A stretch of DNA of 25,221 nucleotides from a bacterium (GTDB taxonomy: Bacteria > UBP7 > UBA6624 > JBBIMK01), in NCBI GenBank assembly GCA_037444445.1, contig JBBIMK010000029.1:1-25221 (forward strand), in the 5' to 3' direction. Position 1 is the first letter of the stretch. The number at the start of each line of letters is the position of its first letter. The notes under the pieces are model-generated. The model searched no databases, was not told the origin of the DNA, and saw only the letters and a list, made by a program, of their open reading frames with translations. The position numbers and the translations under genes were made by a program. This document shows, piece after piece, positions 6,562 through 15,166 of the stretch.

Positions 6562-6901
6562 AGAGGCTTTTATATATTCTGTTTGGGCAATTCTCGTGTA
6601 TATTTTCTTCTTTTCCTGGATGAATGCATGGAACCCCCTTGTACAATTTACCTCAGACCCTCTCATCCAGAATACCTGGGAGCCCCTGATGGGCATGCTT
6701 CTGGGCACATTATCCCTGCTGACTTTCACCACCGTGCGACCAGACCTCAAGCCGAGACCTCTTCCCAAAATGTATGTGTACTTAGCCTACATACTGTTTT
6801 GGAGCAGTTTGATAGGGTATTTGTTAATGGTCTTGCTGTTGTTATTCCTGCGCTGGCAACATTCCGCTTTTGGGGGCCTGACCCCAAAAGGTGGTGCTTG
6901 A
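6551..6901 (+). CDS. small three-TM membrane protein (cassette 3)
   Basis: The ORF is hydrophobic and overlaps the stop of the CPBP gene. It occupies the same position as the small membrane genes of cassettes 1 and 2 but has no sequence similarity to them. The start could be 6539 or 6551. Confidence 0.45.
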   Translation: MRYKEAFIYSVWAILVYIFFFSWMNAWNPLVQFTSDPLIQNTWEPLMGMLLGTLSLLTFTTVRPDLKPRPLPKMYVYLAYILFWSSLIGYLLMVLLLLFLRWQHSAFGGLTPKGGA

Positions 6902-6945
6902 CCCCATAAATAATGTCGCTTTTGGGGGCCTGACCCCAAAAGGTG
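6865..6945. terminator. Two copies of a 29-nt hairpin unit between convergent genes (candidate bidirectional terminators)
   Basis: cgcTTTTGGGGgcctgaCCCCAAAAggtg occurs at 6865-6893 and again at 6917-6945. Each copy has a perfect 8-bp stem and a 6-nt loop. They lie between the stop at 6901 (+) and the stop at 6949 (-). There is no U-tract beyond the stem. Confidence 0.45.
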
Positions 6946-6948
6946 TCA

Positions 6949-7710
6949 TTATTCCCTCTTTCCCTCTGGAGTATAGTGTGGCAGGAGTTCTTTCAGAAGC
7001 TGGAAGGTGTTCTGGATGACTTTCAGAGTCTTTTTCAGGTCAAACTCGTGCCAGGTCATCTGGGAAGCTTCGTAAGAGGCTTTCGCCTCTGATAGGCGGG
7101 AGCGTTCATTTTCTGAAAGATGCCCGGAGGACCGGGCTATTAGAGAGGTTTCTATGGCTTTCAAAAGGGTGGCATTCTGTTCCAGGGATAGCAACAGCAG
7201 GGAGGCATTGTCTAAGATTTCCGGGTGGTTTCCGGTTCGCTCGTTGTGGCAGAGGGCACAGAAGTCTTGCACCTCTTTTGACAGGGCTACGGTGGTGTGC
7301 ATAGAGCCGTGGCAGGTGCCGCAGGTGGGTCCCCGCTGGTGTTTCTGCAGGACTTGATAGTGGGTGCTTCGCTGGAAAGCAATCCATTGGGCGCCGTGGC
7401 AGGCTCCGCAGGTTTTCGCCACCTTCTGAAAGTGTATGAGGCTGTTCTTATCCGAGGCAGGGAAAACGCCAGAATGGGCTTCTAAGAGGGCAGGCTCCGA
7501 AGGGTTTCCTCCGTGGCACCGGTCGCAGGTGATAGTTGCCCTGCCGTGGGCGGAGTCTTTCCAGCCCTCGTAAGCCCAGAAGTATTTTCCTGCCTTCTCT
7601 TTCTGTTTATGGCACTGGAGGCACGAATTTTCTCCCGTGAAACTGAATACGAAGGTCAACCCTGCCAGCCCAAAAATTCCTGCCCCCACCAGAGATTTCA
7701 GAGTATTCAT
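6949..7710 (-). CDS. pentaheme c-type cytochrome, membrane-anchored or secreted
   Basis: It has five CxxCH motifs (CLQCH, CDRCH, CGACH, CGTCH, CALCH) and an N-terminal hydrophobic signal/anchor, LVGAGIFGLAGLTFVF. Confidence 0.9.
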   Translation of the reverse strand: MNTLKSLVGAGIFGLAGLTFVFSFTGENSCLQCHKQKEKAGKYFWAYEGWKDSAHGRATITCDRCHGGNPSEPALLEAHSGVFPASDKNSLIHFQKVAKTCGACHGAQWIAFQRSTHYQVLQKHQRGPTCGTCHGSMHTTVALSKEVQDFCALCHNERTGNHPEILDNASLLLLSLEQNATLLKAIETSLIARSSGHLSENERSRLSEAKASYEASQMTWHEFDLKKTLKVIQNTFQLLKELLPHYTPEGKRE

Positions 7711-7810
7711 TCTCGCTCACCACCTATGCTTTTACCAGAGCACCCGTGAAAATGCAAGGATGAATGAAAAGACCTGGTGGGGAATTCAGACGCAGGGAAT
7801 CACGCTTCAT

Positions 7811-7840
7811 TTGACAGGCTCTTTTCCTAACGGTTATAAT
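7811..7840 (+). promoter_or_regulatory. sigma70-type promoter for the exbB operon
   Basis: TTGACA at 7811-7816, an 18-nt spacer, then TATAAT at 7835-7840. It lies 35 nt upstream of the exbB ATG. Confidence 0.6.
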
Positions 7841-7874
7841 GGTAGTTAGTGAACGGGAAGGAGGAATAGAGGTT

Positions 7875-8534
7875 ATGGGATTCGGGCGAGTGTGGGAAAT
7901 TTATCAGAATGGCGGTCCGGTGATGCATTTCCTTCTCCTCTGCTCCATCATCGGCGTGACGATTATCATTGAACGAGCGAGAAGCCTCTGGAAAGCCACT
8001 GTGAATACGAGAATTCTTATGGACAAGGTCAAGGCGCTGATTCTTCAGCAGAACGAGACCGCATTAAAATTGCTTCTGGAGGAAACGCCCGGACCGGTGT
8101 CTCGTGTCCTTTCCACCGGGTACTCGTTGAAAAATCTCCCGCGGGAGGAAATCGTGGAAGGGGTGAAAGAAACAGCCATCAACGAGGTTGCCCGAATGGA
8201 ACGCGGGTTGCCCACGCTATCCACACTGGTGACCGTTGCCACCCTTCTGGGTCTTCTGGGAACCATCCTGGGCTTAATCCAGATTTACAATGTCATCTCC
8301 GGGGGGAGAATCGGGGATGCAGAAGCCCTGGCGGCCGGGATTGCGCAGGCCCTTATCACCACTGCCACGGGTCTATCTATTGCCATCCCTTTCTTGATTG
8401 CTCATAATATCCTCCGGCAGAAAGTGGACAGCCTGACGGATGAAACGGAGCGAAGCCTTCATGAGTTCATCAATTTCCTTAAACTGGAGGCGATAGGGCA
8501 TGGTGAAAAAGTTCGCGAGACCTGGAGCGAATAG
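7875..8534 (+). CDS. exbB: MotA/TolQ/ExbB proton-channel protein
   Basis: It has the TolQ/ExbB-type layout, with GLLGTILGLI and GIAQALITTATGLSIAIP in the C-terminal helices. The SD GGAAGGAGG precedes the ATG at 7875. ExbD and TonB genes follow. Confidence 0.85.
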   Translation: MGFGRVWEIYQNGGPVMHFLLLCSIIGVTIIIERARSLWKATVNTRILMDKVKALILQQNETALKLLLEETPGPVSRVLSTGYSLKNLPREEIVEGVKETAINEVARMERGLPTLSTLVTVATLLGLLGTILGLIQIYNVISGGRIGDAEALAAGIAQALITTATGLSIAIPFLIAHNILRQKVDSLTDETERSLHEFINFLKLEAIGHGEKVRETWSE

Positions 8535-8943
8535 TTCCACTGTTAGATTGGAACTGACTCCTCTGATAGACACGGTATTCAACCTGCTGATTTTCTTTGC
8601 CGTCTCCACGACGCTGATTTCATCCCGGACGGGATTACCGGTGGATTTGCCTCAAGCAAAGACGGCAGAAACGCAGAAATCTAAGGTTATGGTTTCTGTG
8701 GACCGGGATGGGCGAATTTTCTACGAAGAATCCCCGGTTACCGCTGAAGAGCTGGAAGTTCGGCTGAAACAGGCATTCGCACAACAGCCCCAGGTTCTGG
8801 TGATTGTGAATGCTGACCGACGCGTGGTGTATGACCGTGTGGTTCAGGTGCTGGATGTGGCAAGGAGCGCGGGTATCAGCAACCTCGCCCTGGCGGTGAA
8901 GAAGGAGAAACCCGCAGAAGAATCCCCTACAAAAACCCCATGA
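8500..8943 (+). CDS. exbD: biopolymer transport protein ExbD/TolR
   Basis: It contains LELTPLIDTVFNLLIFFAV and the later VIVNADRRVVYDRVVQVLD, both typical of ExbD. Confidence 0.85.
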   Translation: MVKKFARPGANSSTVRLELTPLIDTVFNLLIFFAVSTTLISSRTGLPVDLPQAKTAETQKSKVMVSVDRDGRIFYEESPVTAEELEVRLKQAFAQQPQVLVIVNADRRVVYDRVVQVLDVARSAGISNLALAVKKEKPAEESPTKTP

Positions 8944-9530
8944 ACCCCCGGGAAAAAGAGAATCTGTTGGAATCCTTTATTGCTTCCTGCATCTTTCATT
9001 TCATTCTCTTTCTGCTGTTGGCGGTTTTGATTCCCCCCCAGATTCTGAAGGCGGGAGAGGTGATGGGGTTCGTGCGTATCGGTGTGTGGGAGATAGAGAC
9101 GGGAATTCCTGGTGAGCCTTCCGCTACAAAGAAGAGGATGCCTCGGCCCCGGGAGGAGAAGGGGAAGCAGAAAACCCTGACTGCACAACAGGGGAAAACA
9201 TTGGCGGAGGCAGGTGCAGAAGGGGCGAAAGAGAAGGGATATAATCCGGCGGATTATCCGGGCGACCATGAGGCGGGGCTGTTATCCTCCGCCCCCGCCA
9301 TCTACCCCAAAACGGCTCAAAATCTGGGCTACCAGGGCACGGTCAGACTCCGCGTCCTCGTGGATGTGAACGGCCACGCAAAGGAAGTGAAATTGCTGAA
9401 ATCCTCCGGATATGAAATCCTGGATAAAGCGGCAGTTCGTTCGGTGAAAAACTGGCGTTTTGACCCGAAAGTGTTCAAAGGGAAAAAAGTGGAAGGGTGG
9501 ATAGAAGTAGAAGTGCCGTACACGCTGTGA
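8940..9530 (+). CDS. tonB: energy transducer TonB
   Basis: It has an N-terminal anchor, a charged linker, and a TonB C-terminal domain (YPKTAQNLGYQGTVRLRVLVDVNGHAKEVKLLKSSGYEILDKAAVRSVKNWRF). The start overlaps the exbD stop (ATGA). Confidence 0.8.
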   Translation: MNPREKENLLESFIASCIFHFILFLLLAVLIPPQILKAGEVMGFVRIGVWEIETGIPGEPSATKKRMPRPREEKGKQKTLTAQQGKTLAEAGAEGAKEKGYNPADYPGDHEAGLLSSAPAIYPKTAQNLGYQGTVRLRVLVDVNGHAKEVKLLKSSGYEILDKAAVRSVKNWRFDPKVFKGKKVEGWIEVEVPYTL

Positions 9531-11563
9531 ACTCCTCGCTGTCCTCCCGATGGTTTATCACTGGATTATTTCTATGGCTGGCTATGGGTATTTTTGGGGT
9601 TCTACAGGCCTCAAGCAGTGGAGAGGAAAAAGCCCTTCCGGAGGTTTCTTTTGAAGGCTTGATGACTGTGGAGAATGAATTTGTTCGCCTGCTGGTGAAT
9701 GTGGACACCCTGGATGCGGGGCGATACTCCCTGGAAACCACCGGAGGGGACCCGGCTCGCCCCGATGATGATAAGCAGATTCTCCTTTACGGACATCCTC
9801 CGATGCAGATGACCAGGCCCTGGACTTCTTATACAACGGTTCGGGTGGATGATGTGAATTATGCCTTCGGCGGGGAAACGAAGAGGCGAGCGGGCGCTTC
9901 TACACGCTTCGGCTTCCTTTCCCAGCCCCCCACCCGCCAGGAAGATGGTTCTATCCTCACTACCACCACCTTCGGCGATATACAGGTCACCCAGCGCCTC
10001 TCCCTGGCTCGTAGCCCCACCACTCGCATGCTGGATTCCCTTCAAATTGAATACCGGGTCGTAAACTCCGGAATCCAGCCGCATACCGTGGGCTTACGCA
10101 TCATGCTGGACACGATGCTGGGCACCAACGATGGAGCACCTCTACGAGCAGGGGCGGAATCCATTACCGCAGAAAAATGCTTCTCCGGTGATGCAGTGCC
10201 GGATTTCTTCCAGGCATTTGATTCCCTCTCTGAACCTCATGTAATCGCCCAGGGAACTCTGAGGGGTGAAGGGCTTACCCCCCCGTCTGCTTTGTATATC
10301 GCCAACTGGGGCACCCTCGCGGATGAGCCCTGGGAAATGGAATGCCGGGAGGGCGAAAGCCTGATTCGGAAGGGTGAGGAGGAAGTGGACAGTGCGGTAG
10401 CGCTATATTATAGCCCCCGAACCCTGTCTTCCGGCGAATCGTTCACCATTCGCACCCTGTATGGCCTGGGTGGCATTACCACCACGCCGGGGAAGCTTCT
10501 GCTGGGTATTACCGCACCGATGGAAGTGGCGTTCAAGCCCAGAGGCACCCCTCCCTTCACGGTGGTGGGCTACCTGGAGAATACGGGCGGGTTCCTCTCC
10601 CGCAATACCGCTTTACACCTTCGTCTCCCGCCAGGTTTATCTCTCCTCAGGGGAGAAACGGACATCCCTGTGGGGGATTTCTCCGGCGGGCAGGCCTTCC
10701 AATATGCCTGGCAGGTCGTCCCTGACGGGAAGGCTTTCGGTCTGCAAGACTTTCAGTTGAACGCTACATCAGAAAGTTATGAGGAAAATACAGCCAGAAG
10801 AGGGATTTTCATCCATCCACCGCCCACGCTGAATCTCGTCATCACGGCGCCAGAGCAACTCTCGGTGAAAGATACCACCCTGGAAAATAATCCCTTCGTG
10901 GTGAAAGCCACCCTCACCAACCCCGAAAGTATCCCAGTGAACCACCTCCTTTTGTCCATTTCTCTGCCCGAAGGACTTTCCCTTCCCCCTCCGGAGAAGC
11001 CACAGAAATTCCTGTCGGAATTAGAGCCAGGAGAACTGGCGGAATTCTCCTGGAAGGTGAAAGCCCTGGAAGGGTTAAGCGAGGTGGAATATTCGGTGAC
11101 AGCGGAGTCGGAAGATATTTTTCCAGCCACCGGCAGAAAAAGTATTTTTATCCCTTCCATCTATCCCCGCCTGGCTTTGTCTCCTGCCTCCATCACTTGC
11201 CCGGTGGGTGAATATTTTTACCTGGATTTGCTGATAGAAAAGGTGTCGTCTCTCTCCTCAGGGCAGTTCACCCTCACCTACGACCCTTATCAAATACGCC
11301 TCGTCATGGTCCGCCCCGGAACCCTTTCTTTGAGAAATGGCTTCAAAATGACCTCCCTGCATCGGGAACCCGGCAAACTCTCTTTCTCCTTTCTGATTTC
11401 CCCCGATACCCCGCTGGACACCTGGGAAACGCTCATCCGCCTGTACGCCAGAGCCCTGCAACCCGGCTCCACAAAATTCTCACTGAATTCCTGGGAGTTA
11501 AAGCAAGGAGATACGCTTCTGGACCTGCCCTTTCGCAATGCCAGTATTACGATTTTCAAATGA
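9527..11563 (+). CDS. large secreted/surface protein with Ig-like middle modules and a C-terminal cohesin-like module
   Basis: The signal-like N-terminus is RWFITGLFLWLAMGIFGVLQASS. The C-terminus, ..ITCPVGEYFYLDLLIEKVSSLSSGQFTLTYDPYQIRLV.., fits the pattern I associate with cohesin domains. The start is either GTG 9527 (GTGA overlap with the tonB stop) or GTG 9497. Confidence 0.7.
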   Translation: MNSSLSSRWFITGLFLWLAMGIFGVLQASSSGEEKALPEVSFEGLMTVENEFVRLLVNVDTLDAGRYSLETTGGDPARPDDDKQILLYGHPPMQMTRPWTSYTTVRVDDVNYAFGGETKRRAGASTRFGFLSQPPTRQEDGSILTTTTFGDIQVTQRLSLARSPTTRMLDSLQIEYRVVNSGIQPHTVGLRIMLDTMLGTNDGAPLRAGAESITAEKCFSGDAVPDFFQAFDSLSEPHVIAQGTLRGEGLTPPSALYIANWGTLADEPWEMECREGESLIRKGEEEVDSAVALYYSPRTLSSGESFTIRTLYGLGGITTTPGKLLLGITAPMEVAFKPRGTPPFTVVGYLENTGGFLSRNTALHLRLPPGLSLLRGETDIPVGDFSGGQAFQYAWQVVPDGKAFGLQDFQLNATSESYEENTARRGIFIHPPPTLNLVITAPEQLSVKDTTLENNPFVVKATLTNPESIPVNHLLLSISLPEGLSLPPPEKPQKFLSELEPGELAEFSWKVKALEGLSEVEYSVTAESEDIFPATGRKSIFIPSIYPRLALSPASITCPVGEYFYLDLLIEKVSSLSSGQFTLTYDPYQIRLVMVRPGTLSLRNGFKMTSLHREPGKLSFSFLISPDTPLDTWETLIRLYARALQPGSTKFSLNSWELKQGDTLLDLPFRNASITIFK

Positions 11564-11642
11564 TAATCCGCTCTACGATGAACTCCACAGGGAATTTACC
11601 CGGAGGTTGCGTTCTGGATAAAAAAAGAAGGAGGAGAGAAGT

Positions 11643-12263
11643 ATGAGAAATTTTCAATCCTGGTTAATCGTAGCGGTGATGGGGGTCACGGTTGTTTCAC
11701 GCTCCCTCTGGGCTCAGACTCCGAAGGACATCCCTCCCGACCACTGGGCATATAAGATGGTGAAAGAACTGCTCCAGAAGGGGTATTTCAGCCTGTACGA
11801 CGATGGCACCTTTAAAGGGGATAAAGCGGTGGACCGGCTCACCCTCGCAGGCATCGTTTCCAAACTCCTGAGTGAAGTGGGGAAGAAAGAGATTCCCACC
11901 ATATCCAAACGAGAACTGGAGGACCTGAAAACGCTTTCAGAGGAATTCAAGGACGAAATTATTGATTTCAAGGAAAAATCCGCCGCCCTGGAGACTCGCC
12001 TGAAAAAAATGGAGGAAGAGCAAAAACTTCTGAATGATTCCCTCACCCGGATTGTGGATGAAACAGGGGAAATGATGAATAAACTTGCCAGCGATTTAGA
12101 AGACCTGAAAAATGTTCAAAAGCAGGACAAACTGGAACTCCAGGCGAAGATAGAGAGTTTACGCGACGACCTGGAGAAACAGAAGCGAGCGAACCGCAGA
12201 GCTCATTCCACTATGTGGATAGGGATTATCGTTGCCTTCGTAGCAGGTCTCGCCACCAACTGA
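11643..12263 (+). CDS. SLH-domain protein with a coiled coil and a C-terminal TM anchor
   Basis: It has a signal peptide ending SLWAQTP and an SLH motif (DIPPDHWAYKMVKELLQKGYFSLYDDGTFKGDKAVDRLTLAGIV). The middle is heptad-rich (EDLK..LEKQK). The C-terminus is WIGIIVAFVAGLA. The SD is AAGGAGGAG. Confidence 0.85.
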   Translation: MRNFQSWLIVAVMGVTVVSRSLWAQTPKDIPPDHWAYKMVKELLQKGYFSLYDDGTFKGDKAVDRLTLAGIVSKLLSEVGKKEIPTISKRELEDLKTLSEEFKDEIIDFKEKSAALETRLKKMEEEQKLLNDSLTRIVDETGEMMNKLASDLEDLKNVQKQDKLELQAKIESLRDDLEKQKRANRRAHSTMWIGIIVAFVAGLATN

Positions 12264-12461
12264 AGCCAGCAGGCACGGCTTTCGTTCTTCACACCCCGAC
12301 ACAACTCATCAGGATTTCGCCACGCTCCATCAGGCATCCCCTGCACAAACCGCCATTCAGTTCAATTTTTGCGGTGGAGGAGCGGGTGATAAAATAAAAG
12401 TAAGAGCACAGTGAAAACGCAGAAGTAGATGCCTGACTCGCTGCTGGGAAGGAGAAGAGAT

Positions 12462-13058
12462 ATGAAAAGAAGGAAAACGCAAAGGATGAGAATCACCGGG
12501 GTAGTAACGAGAACTGGGGATGGGGGTGAAACTTCTCTCATCGGTGGGAAACGCGTCCTGAAATCTTCTCTTCGCATCGTCGCCGTGGGGGAAGTGGATG
12601 AGTTGAACTCCCTTTTGGGGGTGATTTTAGTCAAGAATCCCCCCGCTTTCCTGCGAAATTCCGTTTTACGCATCCAGAACGAGCTCTTCCTGTTAGGAGC
12701 GGACCTGGCTTCGCCGATGGAAGTAGAAGCCCCCCGCATTCAAGCCCGGCAGGTCAACCGGATGGAGAAAGAGGTGGAAAAAGCCCTGCAGAGGCTTTTG
12801 CCGTTAAAGGAGTTCATTCTGCCCGGGGGTGGGGAAGTGGGGTCGCTTTTGCATGTGTCCCGGGCGGTTTGTCGTCGCGCTGAGCGTGCCGCCGTGGCTC
12901 TCTCCCAATCGGAAACCCTCAACCCTTTTGTTCTCCCTTACCTCAACCGCCTCTCGGACTGGCTGTTCGTCTACGCCCGCTTATCCAACCTTCACGAACG
13001 CATTCCGGAAGTCTCAGCCACATTTCCGAAGCCCCCTGTCAGGAAGAGGAGCACGTAG
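12462..13058 (+). CDS. ATP:cob(I)alamin adenosyltransferase, PduO type
   Basis: TRTGDGGETSLIGGKRVLKSSLRIVAVGEVDELNSLLG is the characteristic N-terminal signature. The SD GGAAGGAG at 12447-12454 lies 7 nt before the ATG at 12462. Confidence 0.88.
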   Translation: MKRRKTQRMRITGVVTRTGDGGETSLIGGKRVLKSSLRIVAVGEVDELNSLLGVILVKNPPAFLRNSVLRIQNELFLLGADLASPMEVEAPRIQARQVNRMEKEVEKALQRLLPLKEFILPGGGEVGSLLHVSRAVCRRAERAAVALSQSETLNPFVLPYLNRLSDWLFVYARLSNLHERIPEVSATFPKPPVRKRST

Positions 13059-13157
13059 ACAGTAAACAGGGTGCCGAACTGAACATATCCCTGTCCAGAC
13101 TCCACTGCTGTATTTTGTTTTGAACATTTTCATCATCACATTGATTCCCCTGTTCTA

Positions 13158-14198
13158 TCAGTTCCTCGTTCCATTCTTCAAAGCCTGTTCTGCCATCCGA
13201 TAGGCGATGCGAACCGGGGAAACACCCTCCCTCTCTGACTCCTGAAAAATCCTTTGAAGGCGTGAAAAAATCCGCATGATTTCTGTCGTATTGTCCCGGA
13301 TGCCTTTGAGGTAGAAGTTGGCGCCCTGGATGAGGGCACCGGCGTTTATGACGAAGTCGGGCGCATACAGGATGCCCAGATGGTGCAGTTCATCTCCCAG
13401 TTCATCAGCCTTTAGAACATTATTGGCACATCCGGCAACGATGGGAGCGCGCAGTTTCTCCACCGTAGAGGAGTGTATCACACCGCCGAGGGCGCAGGGG
13501 GAAAATACTGTCGCAGGGAGGGACAGGATTTCTTCCGGCGTCACGGGCACTGCGTGAAACTCCTTCACCGCTGCTTGAACCTTCTCAGCCTGAATATCCG
13601 CTACCAGGAGGCGGGCGCCTGCGGAATGCAATCTCTTCGCCAGCGCATATCCTACATTTCCCACGCCCTGTAAGGCAATGCGCAGATTCTGAAAACTCGG
13701 AGTCCCCAAAGTATGCTCCAGGCAGGCTTTCATTCCCTCAAAGACGCCCAGCGCCGTGGCATCATTCAAATCCCCCACCTTCTCCACGGATTCATCCACC
13801 ACAAAAGAGGTCTCTTTCCTCATTTCCTCTAAATCCTTCAGGGTGACCCCCACATCCCGTCCTGTAAAGAACTTGCCCCTCAGGCTTTGCACCACCTGTC
13901 CGTAAAGATGAAAAAGAGTCCTTCGGTCCATACCGGGAGTATTCACTATCACCGCTTTTCCTCCACCGCAGTTCAGGCCTGAAACTGCGGCTTTGTAAGA
14001 CATCCCTCTCGCCAGCCGAAGGGCATCCTGAAGTGCATCCTCCTCCCGGGCATAAGTCCACAGGCGTGTGCCGCCGAAAGCAGGACCCAGAACTGTGCTG
14101 TGTATTGCCAGAAATGCCAGAAATCCCAGCCTTTTTTCCTCCACTCGCATGACCTCTTCATACCCCGGAATAGACAGGTGCTGAACGAAAAGCGTCAT
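13158..14198 (-). CDS. Leu/Val/Phe dehydrogenase (Glu/Leu/Phe/Val dehydrogenase family)
   Basis: It contains IHSTVLGPAFGGTRLWTY, DALRLARGMSYKAAVSGLNCGGGKAVI and a Rossmann motif, LQGVGNVGYALA. The internal Met (MTLFVQHL..) gives the typical length. The ORF-track start is at 14255. Confidence 0.88.
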   Translation of the reverse strand: MTLFVQHLSIPGYEEVMRVEEKRLGFLAFLAIHSTVLGPAFGGTRLWTYAREEDALQDALRLARGMSYKAAVSGLNCGGGKAVIVNTPGMDRRTLFHLYGQVVQSLRGKFFTGRDVGVTLKDLEEMRKETSFVVDESVEKVGDLNDATALGVFEGMKACLEHTLGTPSFQNLRIALQGVGNVGYALAKRLHSAGARLLVADIQAEKVQAAVKEFHAVPVTPEEILSLPATVFSPCALGGVIHSSTVEKLRAPIVAGCANNVLKADELGDELHHLGILYAPDFVINAGALIQGANFYLKGIRDNTTEIMRIFSRLQRIFQESEREGVSPVRIAYRMAEQALKNGTRN

Positions 14199-14277
14199 TT
14201 TTCCCCACCCGGAAAATTGTAATATGAAATTCACGGGTGAGAGGGTTCCTTCCACATAATGGTATAATAAAAAGACG

Positions 14278-14709
14278 ATGAAGCGAATTCTGATTCTGCA
14301 CGGACCGAATTTGAATCTTTTAGGCAGGCGGGAGCCAGAAGTCTACGGCTCCATCACGCTGGAAGACCTGAACCACCTGATAGAACAGGAAGCCAACCGC
14401 CTATCTCTGGAAATCAAAATTTACCAGTCCAATTATGAGGGGGAACTTTTAGACATTCTACACGGGCATCAGAACTGGGCCGATGGCATGATTGTGAACC
14501 CGGGTGCCCTCACCCATTCTTCTTACGCTCTCTACGATGCCATCAAAGGCTCAGGCAAGCCCACGGTGGAGGTTCATCTCACCCACCTCTTCCAGCGGGA
14601 AGAATTCCGCACCAGAAGCGTCACAGCCCCTGCCTGCGTCGGCCTCATCACCGGTCTGGGACCCCAGGGCTATCTCCTCGCTCTCCGCTTCCTCGCAGGC
14701 CACTCATAA
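14278..14709 (+). CDS. aroQ: type II 3-dehydroquinate dehydratase
   Basis: It contains ILILHGPNLNLLGRREPEVYG, IVNPGALTHSSYALYDA and VEVHLT. Confidence 0.93.
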   Translation: MKRILILHGPNLNLLGRREPEVYGSITLEDLNHLIEQEANRLSLEIKIYQSNYEGELLDILHGHQNWADGMIVNPGALTHSSYALYDAIKGSGKPTVEVHLTHLFQREEFRTRSVTAPACVGLITGLGPQGYLLALRFLAGHS

Positions 14710-15087
14710 CCTGCAGGCGCAGGAGATTCGCAGTGAAATGAGCAGGTAGAATACGCCCATCAGAAAATAACCCACTTCATAGATGCACGGATGAATCATC
14801 GTCAAAATGGGCGGATGAGTGATTCCCCCCCACCGTTTTCGGGGGGCACCCCGTTTTATTGAAAATCAACCTATACTCGGAAATGTAGGGAAAAACATAA
14901 AGAAATGTTATAAATCTTCCCTGTCACAATACTTCTGAAAATCATTCTGAAATTCCCTTCTCATCGCACAAAAATGATTTATAAGTTTTGGTAAGTTTTT
15001 CTAAACTACGAAGTGGTTTTTCACCCCTATTGGTAAAGAATCTTTTAGTATAGTAACTTGATGATGGCGAAAGGACACTTTTCTGAG

Positions 15088-15166
15088 TTTTCCACAGCCT
15101 GTGGAAAACCTGTGGAAACTGCTCCACGGGAGGGTTTTTCCACAGGTGTGGATAATCTGTGGATAA
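15088..15166. other. oriC-type DnaA-box cluster immediately upstream of dnaA
   Basis: TTTTCCACA occurs at 15088-15096 and 15136-15144. TGTGGAAAA is at 15100-15108 and TGTGGAAAC at 15111-15119. Perfect TGTGGATAA (the complement of TTATCCACA) occurs at 15147-15155 and 15158-15166. An AT-rich stretch at about 14870-15060 lies upstream and is a possible DUE. Confidence 0.8.

Noticed and set aside
12264-12461. Cobalamin riboswitch upstream of the adenosyltransferase gene
   Set aside because: No B12-box-like core and no convincing multi-stem structure are visible.
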